DNA from: a virus | Lineage: Duplodnaviria; Caudoviricetes | Length of the DNA: 64,000 nucleotides | Direction: 5' to 3' (one strand) | Virus record (IMG/VR): IMGVR_UViG_2808606532_000002 | Location: 1-64,000 of that record | Shown here: positions 49,110-59,104 of the stretch, in pieces | How positions within the stretch are numbered: the first letter of the stretch is position 1 | Layout: each line of letters begins with the position of its first letter | Notes under the pieces: model-generated | Told to the model about the DNA's origin: nothing | The model's input: the letters and a program-made list of their open reading frames with translations, nothing else | Database searches by the model: none | Position numbers and translations under genes: made by a program

Positions 49110-49571
49110 TTACAAGTTAAAAGCATATTTTTGCAATTTAGCGACATCTTTGTGATTTTTAATAGCAAGATCGAGAAACTTAGCAACAACCCATTCTGAG
49201 TCTTTTATACTTTCTGTAACTCGCTTATACCAACCATTTCGAGAAATTGATTTATCCTTTTGCCACTGATACTTCGCAATCGCATACACCGACAACCCAT
49301 ACACATATTTAGCTTCGAGATACTTAAAATCCTGCGGGCAAGGATTTTTAATACAATAACCAATCACCGAGCTAATCACCAAGCCCAAATCATCATCGCA
49401 CATCTCACGCACAGGCACAGTAATACGATTTGGATCGGCTTTCATCATCAGCTTAGCTAACATATTCATACGACTATCAAAATCCAACCCACTAAACGCC
49501 CAAGCCCCCCAAAGGTTCAGCAAGTTCTCAATCCATTCCTGTTTTGGCTCTTCTAACAATCTATCTGCCAT
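49110..49571 (-). CDS. Q: Late antiterminator Q-like protein
   Basis: LNLWGAWA, MCDDDLGLVIS; position between nin and lysis genes. Confidence 0.78.
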   Translation of the reverse strand: MADRLLEEPKQEWIENLLNLWGAWAFSGLDFDSRMNMLAKLMMKADPNRITVPVREMCDDDLGLVISSVIGYCIKNPCPQDFKYLEAKYVYGLSVYAIAKYQWQKDKSISRNGWYKRVTESIKDSEWVVAKFLDLAIKNHKDVAKLQKYAFNL

Positions 49572-50178
49572 CCTGCAACTCCCTTACCTTCGCCTTATAA
49601 ACCTTAATTAACGCCTTAATCTCATCAACTGAGAGCTTTAATGGCGGATGATCTTTTCTATCCAAACGTTCAACTTCTTCTTCGCCAATTTTTCTGATCA
49701 AATTGAGACGATATTCCGTTAAATTACCGCTTTTATAATTGTTACAAACAGAACATTGCTTATGGACGTTCATCTCATCAAATCGCAACCCAGAATAATT
49801 TCCAGCAGCTCGATAATGCCCAGCGTGCCATTGCCCTTGGTGATAGCGACCGCATGAAATACAAGGTAAATCCTTATCTCTCAAGCGGATAAACTGATTA
49901 AAAACCTTCTGCAAATCCTTAAGCCATTCAGCACGACTTTTTAACCGCTCTTTAACCGCCTTAATTCGTGCCTTATCCTCTTTCTCACGTTTTAACCTTG
50001 CTTTCTCCCTTTCTTTCTCCACTCTTATTTTAGCTAAAGCAACACCGCACTCTGCCGAACACCATTGCACATTGCTAAAATTCGTCTTGAATTTATTTCC
50101 ACAAATCTTGCATTTCCGATTAAACGGCTTATTTCGCCCAAAACTCATCTCACCCCCAATGTAAAAACAAAATTCCAA
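49561..50178 (-). CDS. ninG: NinG/Rap recombination endonuclease
   Basis: FIRLRD..PCISCG, HAGHYR, LRFDEMNVHKQCSVCN. Confidence 0.9.
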   Translation of the reverse strand: MEFCFYIGGEMSFGRNKPFNRKCKICGNKFKTNFSNVQWCSAECGVALAKIRVEKEREKARLKREKEDKARIKAVKERLKSRAEWLKDLQKVFNQFIRLRDKDLPCISCGRYHQGQWHAGHYRAAGNYSGLRFDEMNVHKQCSVCNNYKSGNLTEYRLNLIRKIGEEEVERLDRKDHPPLKLSVDEIKALIKVYKAKVRELQDGR

Positions 50179-50238
50179 CTGCGATTAAAACAAGGCTTAA
50201 GTAGCCTAATAATTCATCTTTTATGTTCATTTCTTACT

Positions 50239-50517
50239 TTACATTGTTTCATTCATAAAAATACTTAAGTCAGAATAAGCATTAAAATAGTGCAGAATTT
50301 CTGGGGATTTATGCGAATGATTTAACTGTTTAAGTCTGCCTTGTATTTCTCCTCTAATAATCTTTTGAGTATCTTTACTTAGATTTTTGTAATATTTTTT
50401 GATTATTTTTATATACTTGCCAGTTTGGTAATTTTTACTTCTGATTAGCCATCTCACACAACAAAGAGCAAAAACATCTAATTCATTTTCCATTATTTCT
50501 ATCATTAGCGACTCCAA
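50239..50517 (-). CDS. Hypothetical protein
   Basis: Co-oriented ORF in the nin region. Confidence 0.5.
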   Translation of the reverse strand: MESLMIEIMENELDVFALCCVRWLIRSKNYQTGKYIKIIKKYYKNLSKDTQKIIRGEIQGRLKQLNHSHKSPEILHYFNAYSDLSIFMNETM

Positions 50518-51153
50518 TTAATAAAACCCAATTAACTGATTAATCTTGTTATCTAACGCCCACTCGTTTTCATATACATTGCACAACGTTTCATTCCAGA
50601 TAACCACATAAACACCTTTATACACCTCGTTAAACTTCTCTTGGCTCATATTCGCAAAGGATATAGACCAACGTTCTTTCACTGTTCCACCGTCTTGGAT
50701 TGGCTTTAAATCGTAAAATCCCGCCTTTTTCATTACATGGTTCAAGTAGGCTTCAAGCGTTTTCATTCCTTCGTAATCCAGCTTGTTTTCACGATTTTTA
50801 CGCACTCTTTCCAGCACCTTGTCAGCGATTGGTTTAGTTACGTTTTGATAAAGCTGTTCATCATTCGCGACTACAGCGATTTCTTTCGCTACCGCTTGAG
50901 CTATCCATTCTTCCGTCTCTGACAACACACTAAATTCAGGTTGCCAATACTCAAATCCAGCATCAAGCAAAGCAAAAAACTTCTTATGATGTTGATAATT
51001 ACGGTTGTTTTTAATAGGGGTAATCTTAACCGCACAACCAATCGCCAAGCCTTTAAGCAGATTGCTGTCATATTCTGTTTCTGCCACTACCGCTCCGTTG
51101 GGGTATTTAACTGCGTGAATAACGGTTTTTTGTTTGGCTTGACTTGTACTCAT
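50518..51153 (-). CDS. DUF1367-like nin-region protein
   Basis: RNYQHHKKFFALL, AGFYD, SISFANM. Confidence 0.82.
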   Translation of the reverse strand: MSTSQAKQKTVIHAVKYPNGAVVAETEYDSNLLKGLAIGCAVKITPIKNNRNYQHHKKFFALLDAGFEYWQPEFSVLSETEEWIAQAVAKEIAVVANDEQLYQNVTKPIADKVLERVRKNRENKLDYEGMKTLEAYLNHVMKKAGFYDLKPIQDGGTVKERWSISFANMSQEKFNEVYKGVYVVIWNETLCNVYENEWALDNKINQLIGFY

Positions 51154-51395
51154 ATTTTTTTATCCACCAAAATCAATCTCAAAATCGCACCACTCTTACG
51201 CTTGCGGAAATAACAACGTGCTACGCCTTTTGTTTGTCTCAACTTGCGGATCATCTCAAGGCTAAATTGTGCATCATGTCCACATTTGTAGGTGTATTTA
51301 ATCCGGTTATACTGCAACTCAGGCAAACCTACTTGTGTATCTAGTACGATTCTTAGTTGTTGATAATTACTCATCATCTTGCGGTATATCCTCAC
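51150..51395 (-). CDS. Hypothetical protein
   Basis: Translationally coupled ORF in nin region. Confidence 0.5.
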   Translation of the reverse strand: MRIYRKMMSNYQQLRIVLDTQVGLPELQYNRIKYTYKCGHDAQFSLEMIRKLRQTKGVARCYFRKRKSGAILRLILVDKKI

Positions 51396-51522
51396 ACTTC
51401 ACCCAATAGCCTTCAAAATCATACAGCCACACCGTGCCATCGTTGCATAATGCGGTTAATTCCCCTCTTGCCGTGGTAATTTGAATGATTTTTCGCTTAT
51501 TCTGTTCTTGAAATTGGTTCAT
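51367..51522 (-). CDS. Small phage protein (ALCNDGTVW motif)
   Basis: Hand translation MNQFQEQNKRKIIQITT...ALCNDGTVW...; ATGA coupling to dam. Confidence 0.6.
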   Translation of the reverse strand: MNQFQEQNKRKIIQITTARGELTALCNDGTVWLYDFEGYWVKCEDIPQDDE

Positions 51523-52052
51523 TCCCCACACTCTCTCACAAAATCCAAGCTCACCTGACGAGTCACAAACCCTCGCATAAACGGATCGAACACCGCCACC
51601 ATTGAGCCTTTGTTATTACCTTTCACCTCTTCGCCTGTTACTGGGTGAATGAAGTTGATACGCCCACCGATAATATCGATCACTTCCGTGGCATTATCTT
51701 GGATTACCTTGTACCACTTGGTTGATTTATCCGCTGGTAACAACATCACAACTAAATGACCTGCTTTCATCAGCTCCGCTGCACGCTGCACAAATGGCAA
51801 AGGGTTGCTGTAAGGTGGATTGACGAAAATACGTAATAGGTCCGCTTGATCAACCACTTCATCAATCAAGCGTTCAAGTAAATCATCTGCCAGAAAATCT
51901 TCTGCAATGTGACTACCTTTGCCAATCCAACGATGGCACATGGCATCATGTTCATTCGCACAGCCGTCTAAATGGAACCAGTAAAACAAGCGTTCTAGCC
52001 ATTTAAAAACATAACTTGGCGTGCGGTAAGCGTCTTTGTCAAAATTCATCAA
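51519..52052 (-). CDS. dam: Phage N6-adenine DNA methyltransferase (Dam-like)
   Basis: YRTP, LDGCA, NPPYS, LLPADKSTKW, GRINF. Confidence 0.88.
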   Translation of the reverse strand: MMNFDKDAYRTPSYVFKWLERLFYWFHLDGCANEHDAMCHRWIGKGSHIAEDFLADDLLERLIDEVVDQADLLRIFVNPPYSNPLPFVQRAAELMKAGHLVVMLLPADKSTKWYKVIQDNATEVIDIIGGRINFIHPVTGEEVKGNNKGSMVAVFDPFMRGFVTRQVSLDFVRECGE

Positions 52053-53485
52053 AAATCCCCCTTCGGATAACTTTTCTGCTTAGGTGCTGGCTTACCTATC
52101 ATGGCTCTACGTTCAGCATCTTGTTGGTCACAATTAAACATTGCGCCAAAACGTTGAACGGCATAAACCACACCTGTTCCGCCATGACGATTTAACCGTA
52201 CAATCACTTCTGTGAGTTGTTTGTCAGCATCTGGGTTATAAACGCTTTCTTTGTACAACCCGAACCAATAATCACAATCTTGCTCTATTTGACCTGTATC
52301 ACGACTATCACTTGGCTGTGGGCGTTTATCCGCACGATTTTCAAGATTTCGATTAAGCTGAGTAAGCAACAAGACTACACAATCCATTTCACGAGCAAGC
52401 GCTTTTAATTCCTTAGTGATTTTCCCGTAAGCTAAATCGTTGCGCTCTGCCTCTTCCGCTTTCATCAAGGTCAAATAATCCACCCCAATTAAGCCTATCT
52501 CGCCACGCTCACGTTTAATACGACGACATTCATTGCGAATATGTGCCATTGACACATTAGGCGTATCATCGATATACAACAAATCATCTTGCACTAATTG
52601 ACCCATAGCACCTGTGACTTTGCCGAATAACTGCTGTGTCGTCATGTTATATTGCGCAAGTTCTTTGTCGCTGAGATAAAACACATCAGTGTTGACATTA
52701 GTGGTCTGCCCTAACATACGCTCAAGAATTTGTGTTGCAGACATCTCAAGGCTAAACAGCAAGGCTGCTTTTTTCTCACGCATGACGCAGTTGCCCGCAA
52801 TCAACGAATAAAACGCTGTTTTCCCTGCCTTTGGTCTTGCACCCACCACGGCTAAAGATTGCTTAACCAGCAATTTTTTACCCAACAAATCATCAAGTGC
52901 GGTCAATCCTGTGGACAATCCACCTACTAATTCAGGCTCATTGCGACGTAACTCAAATTCATTCAGCCACTCATTGCCCACCTCACGAGATGAACGTAAT
53001 CCACCGGATTTTCCAGTGCGTCCATAGTCAGCAATTTCCGCCATTAAACGACTGATAGCATCGATGCGTTCTGTGGCAGATAAGTTACTTTGCGCAAACA
53101 TCAACGCCTCACAATCCTGTAATTTTTTAATCGCAAAACGCTTAATCGCGGCATCTCGCACCAGGGCTGCATAGGCTAAAATATTGGCTGCGCTTGGTGT
53201 ATTGTTGGCAAGCTCTGCAAGGTAAGCAAAACCGCCTAATTGCTCCGCATTGCCTGTTGCTGTCAAGCGACTATCCATGGTCATCAAATCAATAGGCTGA
53301 TTATTTTTTGCCAGAAACAACATCTCAGAAAAAATCTTGCCATGCTCGAAGGTATAAAAACTTTCAGGTTTCAACATCGAAAAAACTTTTGCAGCACGCT
53401 CACTTGTACTATCCAACATCAAGCCACCCAGTACCGCTTGTTCCGCATCAACATTGTTCGGGATAATTTTTGCTAACGTCATCAC
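52049..53485 (-). CDS. dnaB: Phage replicative helicase, DnaB family
   Basis: AEQAVLG, GARPKAGKT, FSLEM, VDYL, QLNR, IEQDCD. Confidence 0.93.
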   Translation of the reverse strand: MMTLAKIIPNNVDAEQAVLGGLMLDSTSERAAKVFSMLKPESFYTFEHGKIFSEMLFLAKNNQPIDLMTMDSRLTATGNAEQLGGFAYLAELANNTPSAANILAYAALVRDAAIKRFAIKKLQDCEALMFAQSNLSATERIDAISRLMAEIADYGRTGKSGGLRSSREVGNEWLNEFELRRNEPELVGGLSTGLTALDDLLGKKLLVKQSLAVVGARPKAGKTAFYSLIAGNCVMREKKAALLFSLEMSATQILERMLGQTTNVNTDVFYLSDKELAQYNMTTQQLFGKVTGAMGQLVQDDLLYIDDTPNVSMAHIRNECRRIKRERGEIGLIGVDYLTLMKAEEAERNDLAYGKITKELKALAREMDCVVLLLTQLNRNLENRADKRPQPSDSRDTGQIEQDCDYWFGLYKESVYNPDADKQLTEVIVRLNRHGGTGVVYAVQRFGAMFNCDQQDAERRAMIGKPAPKQKSYPKGDF

Positions 53486-54390
53486 AATGCTTCCTCACGT
53501 ACTTTCACGACGGTTTCACCACGAATAGCCCAATCAAAATTAGCTCTCCAACCGCGTTCACCTTCGCCAACATGAAACGGGCGCAAAAGCTCAAATAACC
53601 GCTCAAAATAATTCACTGCATATTCCAGCGTTGGCTTGCTCAAGTGCTCAGTGAGTAATTTTTTCATGGCTCGCTTTCGTTTTTCCGTCAAGGATTGAGC
53701 ATAAGGCAACCGACCACCCGTCTCGCTATTCGCTTGGTTGTAAGCATCCATCACAGCTTGATAATCGATTTTGATTGGGGATTTTTTGCCATGAGATTTT
53801 TTATCCAAGACCAAGACTGAATTTTCAGGAGATTGATTTTGTGTCTGAACTTGAATTTCTTCAGAAACGTCAAAATTCTCGACTTGTTCCTCAGGCAAAA
53901 CATCGGCTTTTGCCGATTTTTTTATTAATTCATCGCTAGATGAATTAATATTTTTTATGTTATGTAATCTAGTGTTGTAATCTAGTGTATTAACGAATGT
54001 ACTTTTCGGGCTGTCTCCAATGTCCCTTTCGGGCATTGGGGAATGTTCATCTTGTTCATTCGCCAATGTAGCTAAAAGTTCATCAAGTTTTTCCATATCA
54101 ATCTTGAAATAAATGCGATGTTCAAGACGTTTATGCGTTTCAATTAATACGCCACGTTCACGCAGCTTTCTACGTGCTGTCTCCTGTTCTTTACGAGTTA
54201 GCCCAGTTTCTTCTTCAAGCTCTGCTTGCGTTTTATAAACGCCTAGCGCTTCGTTTTCCGCTTTATCTTGCCAATAAAAAATCTGCTCAAAGAAAATTTC
54301 TGCGGTTACACCGCCAAATAATTTAGCTAGCTTTGGTCTATATGCGATAGATCGACCTGTTTGTTTTAAAAGTTCACTTGCCTTCATCAA
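53482..54390 (-). CDS. Phage replication initiator (O-like)
   Basis: N-terminal wHTH (EEETGLTRKEQETARRKL), C-terminal GWRANFDW; upstream of helicase. Confidence 0.8.
   Translation of the reverse strand: MMKASELLKQTGRSIAYRPKLAKLFGGVTAEIFFEQIFYWQDKAENEALGVYKTQAELEEETGLTRKEQETARRKLRERGVLIETHKRLEHRIYFKIDMEKLDELLATLANEQDEHSPMPERDIGDSPKSTFVNTLDYNTRLHNIKNINSSSDELIKKSAKADVLPEEQVENFDVSEEIQVQTQNQSPENSVLVLDKKSHGKKSPIKIDYQAVMDAYNQANSETGGRLPYAQSLTEKRKRAMKKLLTEHLSKPTLEYAVNYFERLFELLRPFHVGEGERGWRANFDWAIRGETVVKVREEAL
53940..54045. repeat. Candidate replication origin inside the initiator gene
   Basis: Tandem TGTAATCTAGTGT x2 (53963-53988), TTTCGGGC x2, adjacent AT-rich tract. Confidence 0.55.
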
Positions 54391-54529
54391 AAATCTCCTT
54401 ATCGAGCTTTGCTAACCTTGCGTATAAAACACGTTCTATATAATCTTGGATTAATACATCAATTCGTACAGGTCGATTAAATCGCCCATTCTGCGATTGA
54501 CTTTGTTTTTCATTAAGATTAATATTCAT
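54374..54529 (-). CDS. Hypothetical 51-aa protein
   Basis: RBS AAGGA, ORF MNINLNEKQSQ...; overlaps the initiator start. Confidence 0.5.
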   Translation of the reverse strand: MNINLNEKQSQSQNGRFNRPVRIDVLIQDYIERVLYARLAKLDKEIFDEGK

Positions 54530-54604
54530 AGCGATTTTTCCTTAAATCATTGCCACTGCGCCAACAGTGGCTTTTTATATAAATTGCTTACCATAAACTG
54601 ACTA

Positions 54605-55027
54605 TTGATGAGGTTTTTTATGGATATTGCGACCATTTTCTCCTCCGCTAAAACTACTCTTGATATCCTCTCTGGAATGGAAACTAACAGCGTCTTGGCT
54701 GAGCGTGTTGCTCTCCTCAAGGATCAGATTGAAATACTCCGATATACCTACGAATCGACTCAAAAAGAACTGACCGAGACTAAAGCAAAATGCACCGCAC
54801 TGGAGAATGAAATAGCGAGTTATCGCACAGCGGAACAATTTATCTTTGAACATGGTGCGGCATTTAAAAAAACCTCCACTGGCTACATCAAAGCGGTGTA
54901 TTGCCCCAACTGTTTCAAAGTTGCTAGTGCGAGTTTTGTTCGTTTCCCTTTCCAATGTGGAAGCTGTAAATGGTCCAGCATGTTTAAAATGGGTGAATTT
55001 GAACGTATTTTTAATTCGTTGCCCTAA
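54605..55027 (+). CDS. Moron: coiled-coil plus Zn-ribbon protein
   Basis: Opposite strand to operon; RBS GAGG before ATG 54620; CPNC...CGSC. Confidence 0.7.
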   Translation: MMRFFMDIATIFSSAKTTLDILSGMETNSVLAERVALLKDQIEILRYTYESTQKELTETKAKCTALENEIASYRTAEQFIFEHGAAFKKTSTGYIKAVYCPNCFKVASASFVRFPFQCGSCKWSSMFKMGEFERIFNSLP

Positions 55028-55061
55028 CCGCATTTAATTTCTCCGTTTGTTCAGAGGCTTT

Positions 55062-55514
55062 TTATTGCCCTAAATCCCATTTCAAACACTGCACGCTATC
55101 TTGCAAGCGGTTCAAAATGTCTAATAATGTTCGTTTTTCTGATATGGATAACTGCTCGCCTAAATCTGATTCTGCAGAAATGGAACGACTATATTCGCCA
55201 CACAATTTCCCCGCTTGAGCGGAAAGGCTTAACACTTCTTTAAGCTTATCCATTCCTGAACGCTGACATTCAGGGATGGGTACAAGTAAATAACCTTGCT
55301 CCGCTGCAATCGCTGCTAAAGTGGCACGACTACGCACCATTGCCATCAATTCCAAGCCTTCAATAAAGCTCAACTGATTTTGCTCACAATCAATATTTAA
55401 CTTATTACTTAAGATATTCGGGGACTTATCCAACGCATAAGCAAGGGACGTAATTCCACCCGAACTATTCTTACAATCTCGGTGTAATAACCGCTGGATC
55501 TCTTTGCTATTCAT
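55062..55514 (-). CDS. CII-like / YmfL-family regulator
   Basis: GGITSLAYAL...LSNKLN; directly after cro. Confidence 0.72.
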   Translation of the reverse strand: MNSKEIQRLLHRDCKNSSGGITSLAYALDKSPNILSNKLNIDCEQNQLSFIEGLELMAMVRSRATLAAIAAEQGYLLVPIPECQRSGMDKLKEVLSLSAQAGKLCGEYSRSISAESDLGEQLSISEKRTLLDILNRLQDSVQCLKWDLGQ

Positions 55515-55562
55515 TAAAATTTGTTCCTTTTCTTGAAGATTTATTCAAAGAGTGGGAGTAGA

Positions 55563-55769
55563 TTAGTTTTCAGCGGGGAAAACATAATCAAGAGAAACGT
55601 TTGAACCTAAATCATTAAGTGCTTTTACAATACGTCTTGCATCATTTAATGATGGTTTTCTAAGGTTTAACTCATAATTAGCAATTCGGCTTTGACTAAA
55701 TCCAACCTCTTGACCAAGTTTGGCTTGAGTTATTCCAATAGCCTCCCTCGCTCTAGCAAGATTATTCAT
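55563..55769 (-). CDS. cro: Cro-like repressor
   Basis: Short XRE HTH divergent from cI. Confidence 0.85.
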   Translation of the reverse strand: MNNLARAREAIGITQAKLGQEVGFSQSRIANYELNLRKPSLNDARRIVKALNDLGSNVSLDYVFPAEN

Positions 55770-55799
55770 TCAAATCTCCTTTTGTGATTAAAACAAAGA

Positions 55800-55870
55800 A
55801 TATTAAATCACATCAAGTGATAACAATCAATCACATTGTGAATTTTTTATTTCATAACGTAACGTGATAT
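55800..55870. promoter_or_regulatory. OR operators and pR
   Basis: 15-mers ATCACATCAAGTGAT (55807), ATCACATTGTGAATT (55830), ATAACGTAACGTGAT (55854); minus-strand TTGATT-17-TTTAAT. Confidence 0.7.
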
Positions 55871-55899
55871 TATTAGCGAGAATATAAGAGAGGTAATTT

Positions 55900-56559
55900 A
55901 TGACTACATTGGGTCAACGTATTAAAGAATTAAGAATAAAAATGGGCGTTAATCAGAAAGAGTTTGCAGAAATGTGTGGACGCTTGGATAAAAGAGATCG
56001 TGCGTGGGGTCAATCTCGCATAGGAAATTATGAAACAGATGCAAGAGAGCCTAGCTTAGAAGATATTGAGGTGCTAGCAAAAGCTCTTGGCATTACAGCC
56101 GCAGAATTAGCATTTAGTAATGCAATTCCAGTAGAAATAATTAGATCTTTTCACTACCCACTGCTTAGCCCTGTACAAGCAGGTTACTTTACAGAAGTCA
56201 ATTTACTGACAAATACCGATGAAGAAAGCCTATATGAGATGATCTCCTCCCAAGTCAAAGCAAGTAGCAACGCATTTTATTTAAAAATTGTCGGAAACTC
56301 TATGGCTCCACGCTTTCAAGAAGGGGATATGGTATTAATCGATCCTGATATATACCCAAATCCAGGGGATTTTGTTGCCGCACTTAACGAAGATGGCGAA
56401 GCCACATTTAAAAAATACAAAGAAACGGGCGAAGTGGACGAACACGGGAATAAACATTTTAACCTCGTTCCCCTAAATGATAGCTTTGGCACATTAAGCA
56501 GTAAAAGCAATAAGATTAGTATTATCGGCAAAGCCGTTGAGCATAGGAGTTGTTTGTAA
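55900..56559 (+). CDS. cI: CI repressor (HTH + S24 peptidase)
   Basis: HTH, VQAG cleavage site, GNSM catalytic Ser, ATFKK Lys. Confidence 0.94.
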   Translation: MTTLGQRIKELRIKMGVNQKEFAEMCGRLDKRDRAWGQSRIGNYETDAREPSLEDIEVLAKALGITAAELAFSNAIPVEIIRSFHYPLLSPVQAGYFTEVNLLTNTDEESLYEMISSQVKASSNAFYLKIVGNSMAPRFQEGDMVLIDPDIYPNPGDFVAALNEDGEATFKKYKETGEVDEHGNKHFNLVPLNDSFGTLSSKSNKISIIGKAVEHRSCL

Positions 56560-56634
56560 AGTAAGGTTGGGGTTTATTGGTTAGTGGAAATGTGGCTTGA
56601 ACTATTCCTATAATATGAAATTAAGGTTCTAAGA

Positions 56635-57153
56635 ATGATGCATCACACAGCAAGAATGGAACAATTTAATGTCGCTGTTATAAGAGCAATAGCATCTGCT
56701 TGTGGTTTTAATACTGCAACATTGGAAGTAGATGATGATAGCGTTGATATAGAAATTTGTGCGAAATATCCCTTTGAGTTAGGGAAAGCGTCACGCTCAA
56801 GGGTTTCCATCCAATTAAAAGCCACATCAGCACTACAAAAGCAAGGTGAATATATCTCCTTTACATTGGATCGTAAAAACTATGACGACTTACGTATCTG
56901 CGATAGTGATCCAAGATACCTGTTTGTACTAGAGCTTCCCAAGAAATGCTCTCAATGGATAAGGCAAAAAAAGAAATTTTGTGCTTTTAAATATCGTTGC
57001 TATTGGCTATCATTACAAAATTTTAAAGATTTACCAGTTGGGCAAGGAACAAAAACAGTAAAAATTCCTACTAACCAAATTGTTGATATCCATTCTTTGC
57101 CTAAATTATTAGACTCTGCTCGTTCGGGAGAAGCTTATGTTCATCAACAGTAA
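56635..57153 (+). CDS. DUF4365-like PD-(D/E)XK-fold protein
   Basis: DDDSVD, IQLKAT, NYDDLR, YWLSL. Confidence 0.8.
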   Translation: MMHHTARMEQFNVAVIRAIASACGFNTATLEVDDDSVDIEICAKYPFELGKASRSRVSIQLKATSALQKQGEYISFTLDRKNYDDLRICDSDPRYLFVLELPKKCSQWIRQKKKFCAFKYRCYWLSLQNFKDLPVGQGTKTVKIPTNQIVDIHSLPKLLDSARSGEAYVHQQ

Positions 57154-58273
57154 GATAAAAGCAAAATTAGAGAATATCTCTATTGCTCTATTCTCTCAAT
57201 ATCTAACAAATAAAAACTGGAGCAATCCAAGCAATTTAGAAAAAGCAAGCCTATGGTACACAGCTGATAAATCTGATGGATTATCATTACCACTAAATGA
57301 AAACTTAGAAGATAAAACCACATATCTTCGACATATATGGAATGCATTAAAAGATTTATCTGATATTGAACAACGCAGTATTGATCAAATCATTAATGAT
57401 ATATTGATAAGCTATGAGGATAAAATCTATATCCGAGTCCAAGATGAAAGTGTCAAAGATGGAACTATTCCTTTATCCGATGGCGTTATCTTATTTGAAA
57501 ATGCGAAAAACCTTATCCACTCTATCGCACAATCAGCTAAAAACCCAAAAGTGAATTACAGAGTTAATGAAGGTGGTCAATCAGTTAAAGATTTTATGAA
57601 CAATGTTAGACTAGGGCAAACTAGCATTGGAAGTTATATCATAGAATTATCCTACCCAGTTGAAAATGTTCAAAGTAATCAGATAGAAAACTCAGAATTT
57701 AGTACTTCCTTCTCATTTGCTCGCGGGGTAACGCATAATTTACTAAAAAGTATAAGTAAATTAAAAGAAGCTATTTCAGAGTTTGATAGAGATCCAACTA
57801 TCTTTGCTCCGTTAATTACCGACGGAGTAAGTTACAATCTATGTAATGCTCTTGCAAAGTTAAGTGGTTCGCACATGCAGAGAAAAGTGGAAATTTCTCT
57901 TAAAGCAGGTGATATTATCGACCCAAATATCAACTCGGATTTCAGTGTTAATTTCAGTAAAGATGAAATAGAAATTGTAGATATTGCTGCGAAATATTAT
58001 CGAGAAGAGTTCACATTGCCAAATGTAGATATTATAGGGACAATTATAAGCAATACCTCAGCTCATTTAGAACAAGGTGGTTTTATCTTAATCAGCACGT
58101 CGATCCAAAACAAAAATAAAACTATTCGGATAGATTTAAACGCGGAACAATACCAAGCGGCAATAAAAGCCCACTCTGAAGGTAAGAAAGCACGATGCAT
58201 CGGGAAAGATTTACATATAAATAAAAAGAACGGTCGATTGCAAAACTTAACATCATTTAGCGTTTTAAGCTAA
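57137..58273 (+). CDS. Uncharacterised 378-aa partner of DUF4365
   Basis: Overlapping start; GTIPL, LGQTSIGSY, GVSYNLCNAL, C-terminal OB-like region. Confidence 0.7.
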   Translation: MFINSKIKAKLENISIALFSQYLTNKNWSNPSNLEKASLWYTADKSDGLSLPLNENLEDKTTYLRHIWNALKDLSDIEQRSIDQIINDILISYEDKIYIRVQDESVKDGTIPLSDGVILFENAKNLIHSIAQSAKNPKVNYRVNEGGQSVKDFMNNVRLGQTSIGSYIIELSYPVENVQSNQIENSEFSTSFSFARGVTHNLLKSISKLKEAISEFDRDPTIFAPLITDGVSYNLCNALAKLSGSHMQRKVEISLKAGDIIDPNINSDFSVNFSKDEIEIVDIAAKYYREEFTLPNVDIIGTIISNTSAHLEQGGFILISTSIQNKNKTIRIDLNAEQYQAAIKAHSEGKKARCIGKDLHINKKNGRLQNLTSFSVLS

Positions 58274-58280
58274 GAACATA

Positions 58281-58304
58281 CAACCGCCCTTGTGGCGGTT
58301 TTTA
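58281..58304. terminator. Intrinsic terminator
   Basis: AACCGCC CTTGT GGCGGTTTTT. Confidence 0.8.
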
Positions 58305-58368
58305 TTTCCCTAAAATCTACTATTAACTACTCCTTACTACTATAAACCTAGCAAAATCCCACCGCACT

Positions 58369-58659
58369 TTAAGCATAGTTTGATACCAAAAGATAAGGTG
58401 TAACAAGGCTTGTTCTATGCTGTTTAATTTCCCACAAATCATACTTTGTTTGTAGATTTAACCATAACTTAGCACTGCCAATACCTGCCTCCTCTAAACT
58501 CAATGCCAGGTTTGTTGTTATTGGTGTTTTTCCATTTAAGACTCTTGATAACGTTTCTCGTGAAAAGCCTAAATGTTCTGCCAAATCTTTAATTTTTATA
58601 TTGTTAGGCTCAATAAATCCATCAAGTAATATTTGACCTGGATGTGCTGGTTTACGCAT
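58369..58659 (-). CDS. higA: HigA antitoxin 3
   Basis: PAHPGQIL, HTH, WLNLQTKYDLW. Confidence 0.92.
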   Translation of the reverse strand: MRKPAHPGQILLDGFIEPNNIKIKDLAEHLGFSRETLSRVLNGKTPITTNLALSLEEAGIGSAKLWLNLQTKYDLWEIKQHRTSLVTPYLLVSNYA

Positions 58660-58669
58660 AATTTCCCCC

Positions 58670-58944
58670 TAATGATAATCTTCATAATTTAAAATATAGG
58701 CATCACCATTAATAAATTCAAAAGTAATCCGCCAGTTACCATTGACGACCATGGAATAAACACCTTTTCGATCACCTTTTAATTCATGGCACTGATAAAA
58801 TGGCATAAACTCTTCCACAGTTTCAGCACAATCAATTAAATCAAGGATACCATCTAATTTACGTTGGTGTTTTTGCTGAATGCCTTTTGTAATACCTTTT
58901 TCGAAATAAAGTTTTAAGCCCTTATGCTTGAAACTTTTAATCAT
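58670..58944 (-). CDS. higB: HigB toxin 3
   Basis: MIKSFKHKGL...HELKGDR...VNGNWRITF...YEDYH. Confidence 0.92.
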
Positions 58945-59104
58945 AATGATAAACCCACCTATTAAACGTGATGTAAATATATCACAAATAAAAGAATAAG
59001 GCAAAATCCCTACCGCACTTTCTTTTTTTCTGTGATCTTGCTCACATTTTCAGCAATTAATCAAAAAATTTTAAAAATAAATTTCCTTGTAAATCAATAA
59101 AATA

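Noticed and set aside
54602-55033. 143-aa minus-strand ORF mirroring the moron
   Set aside because: Antisense shadow of 54605..55027, which has the RBS and Zn-ribbon motif
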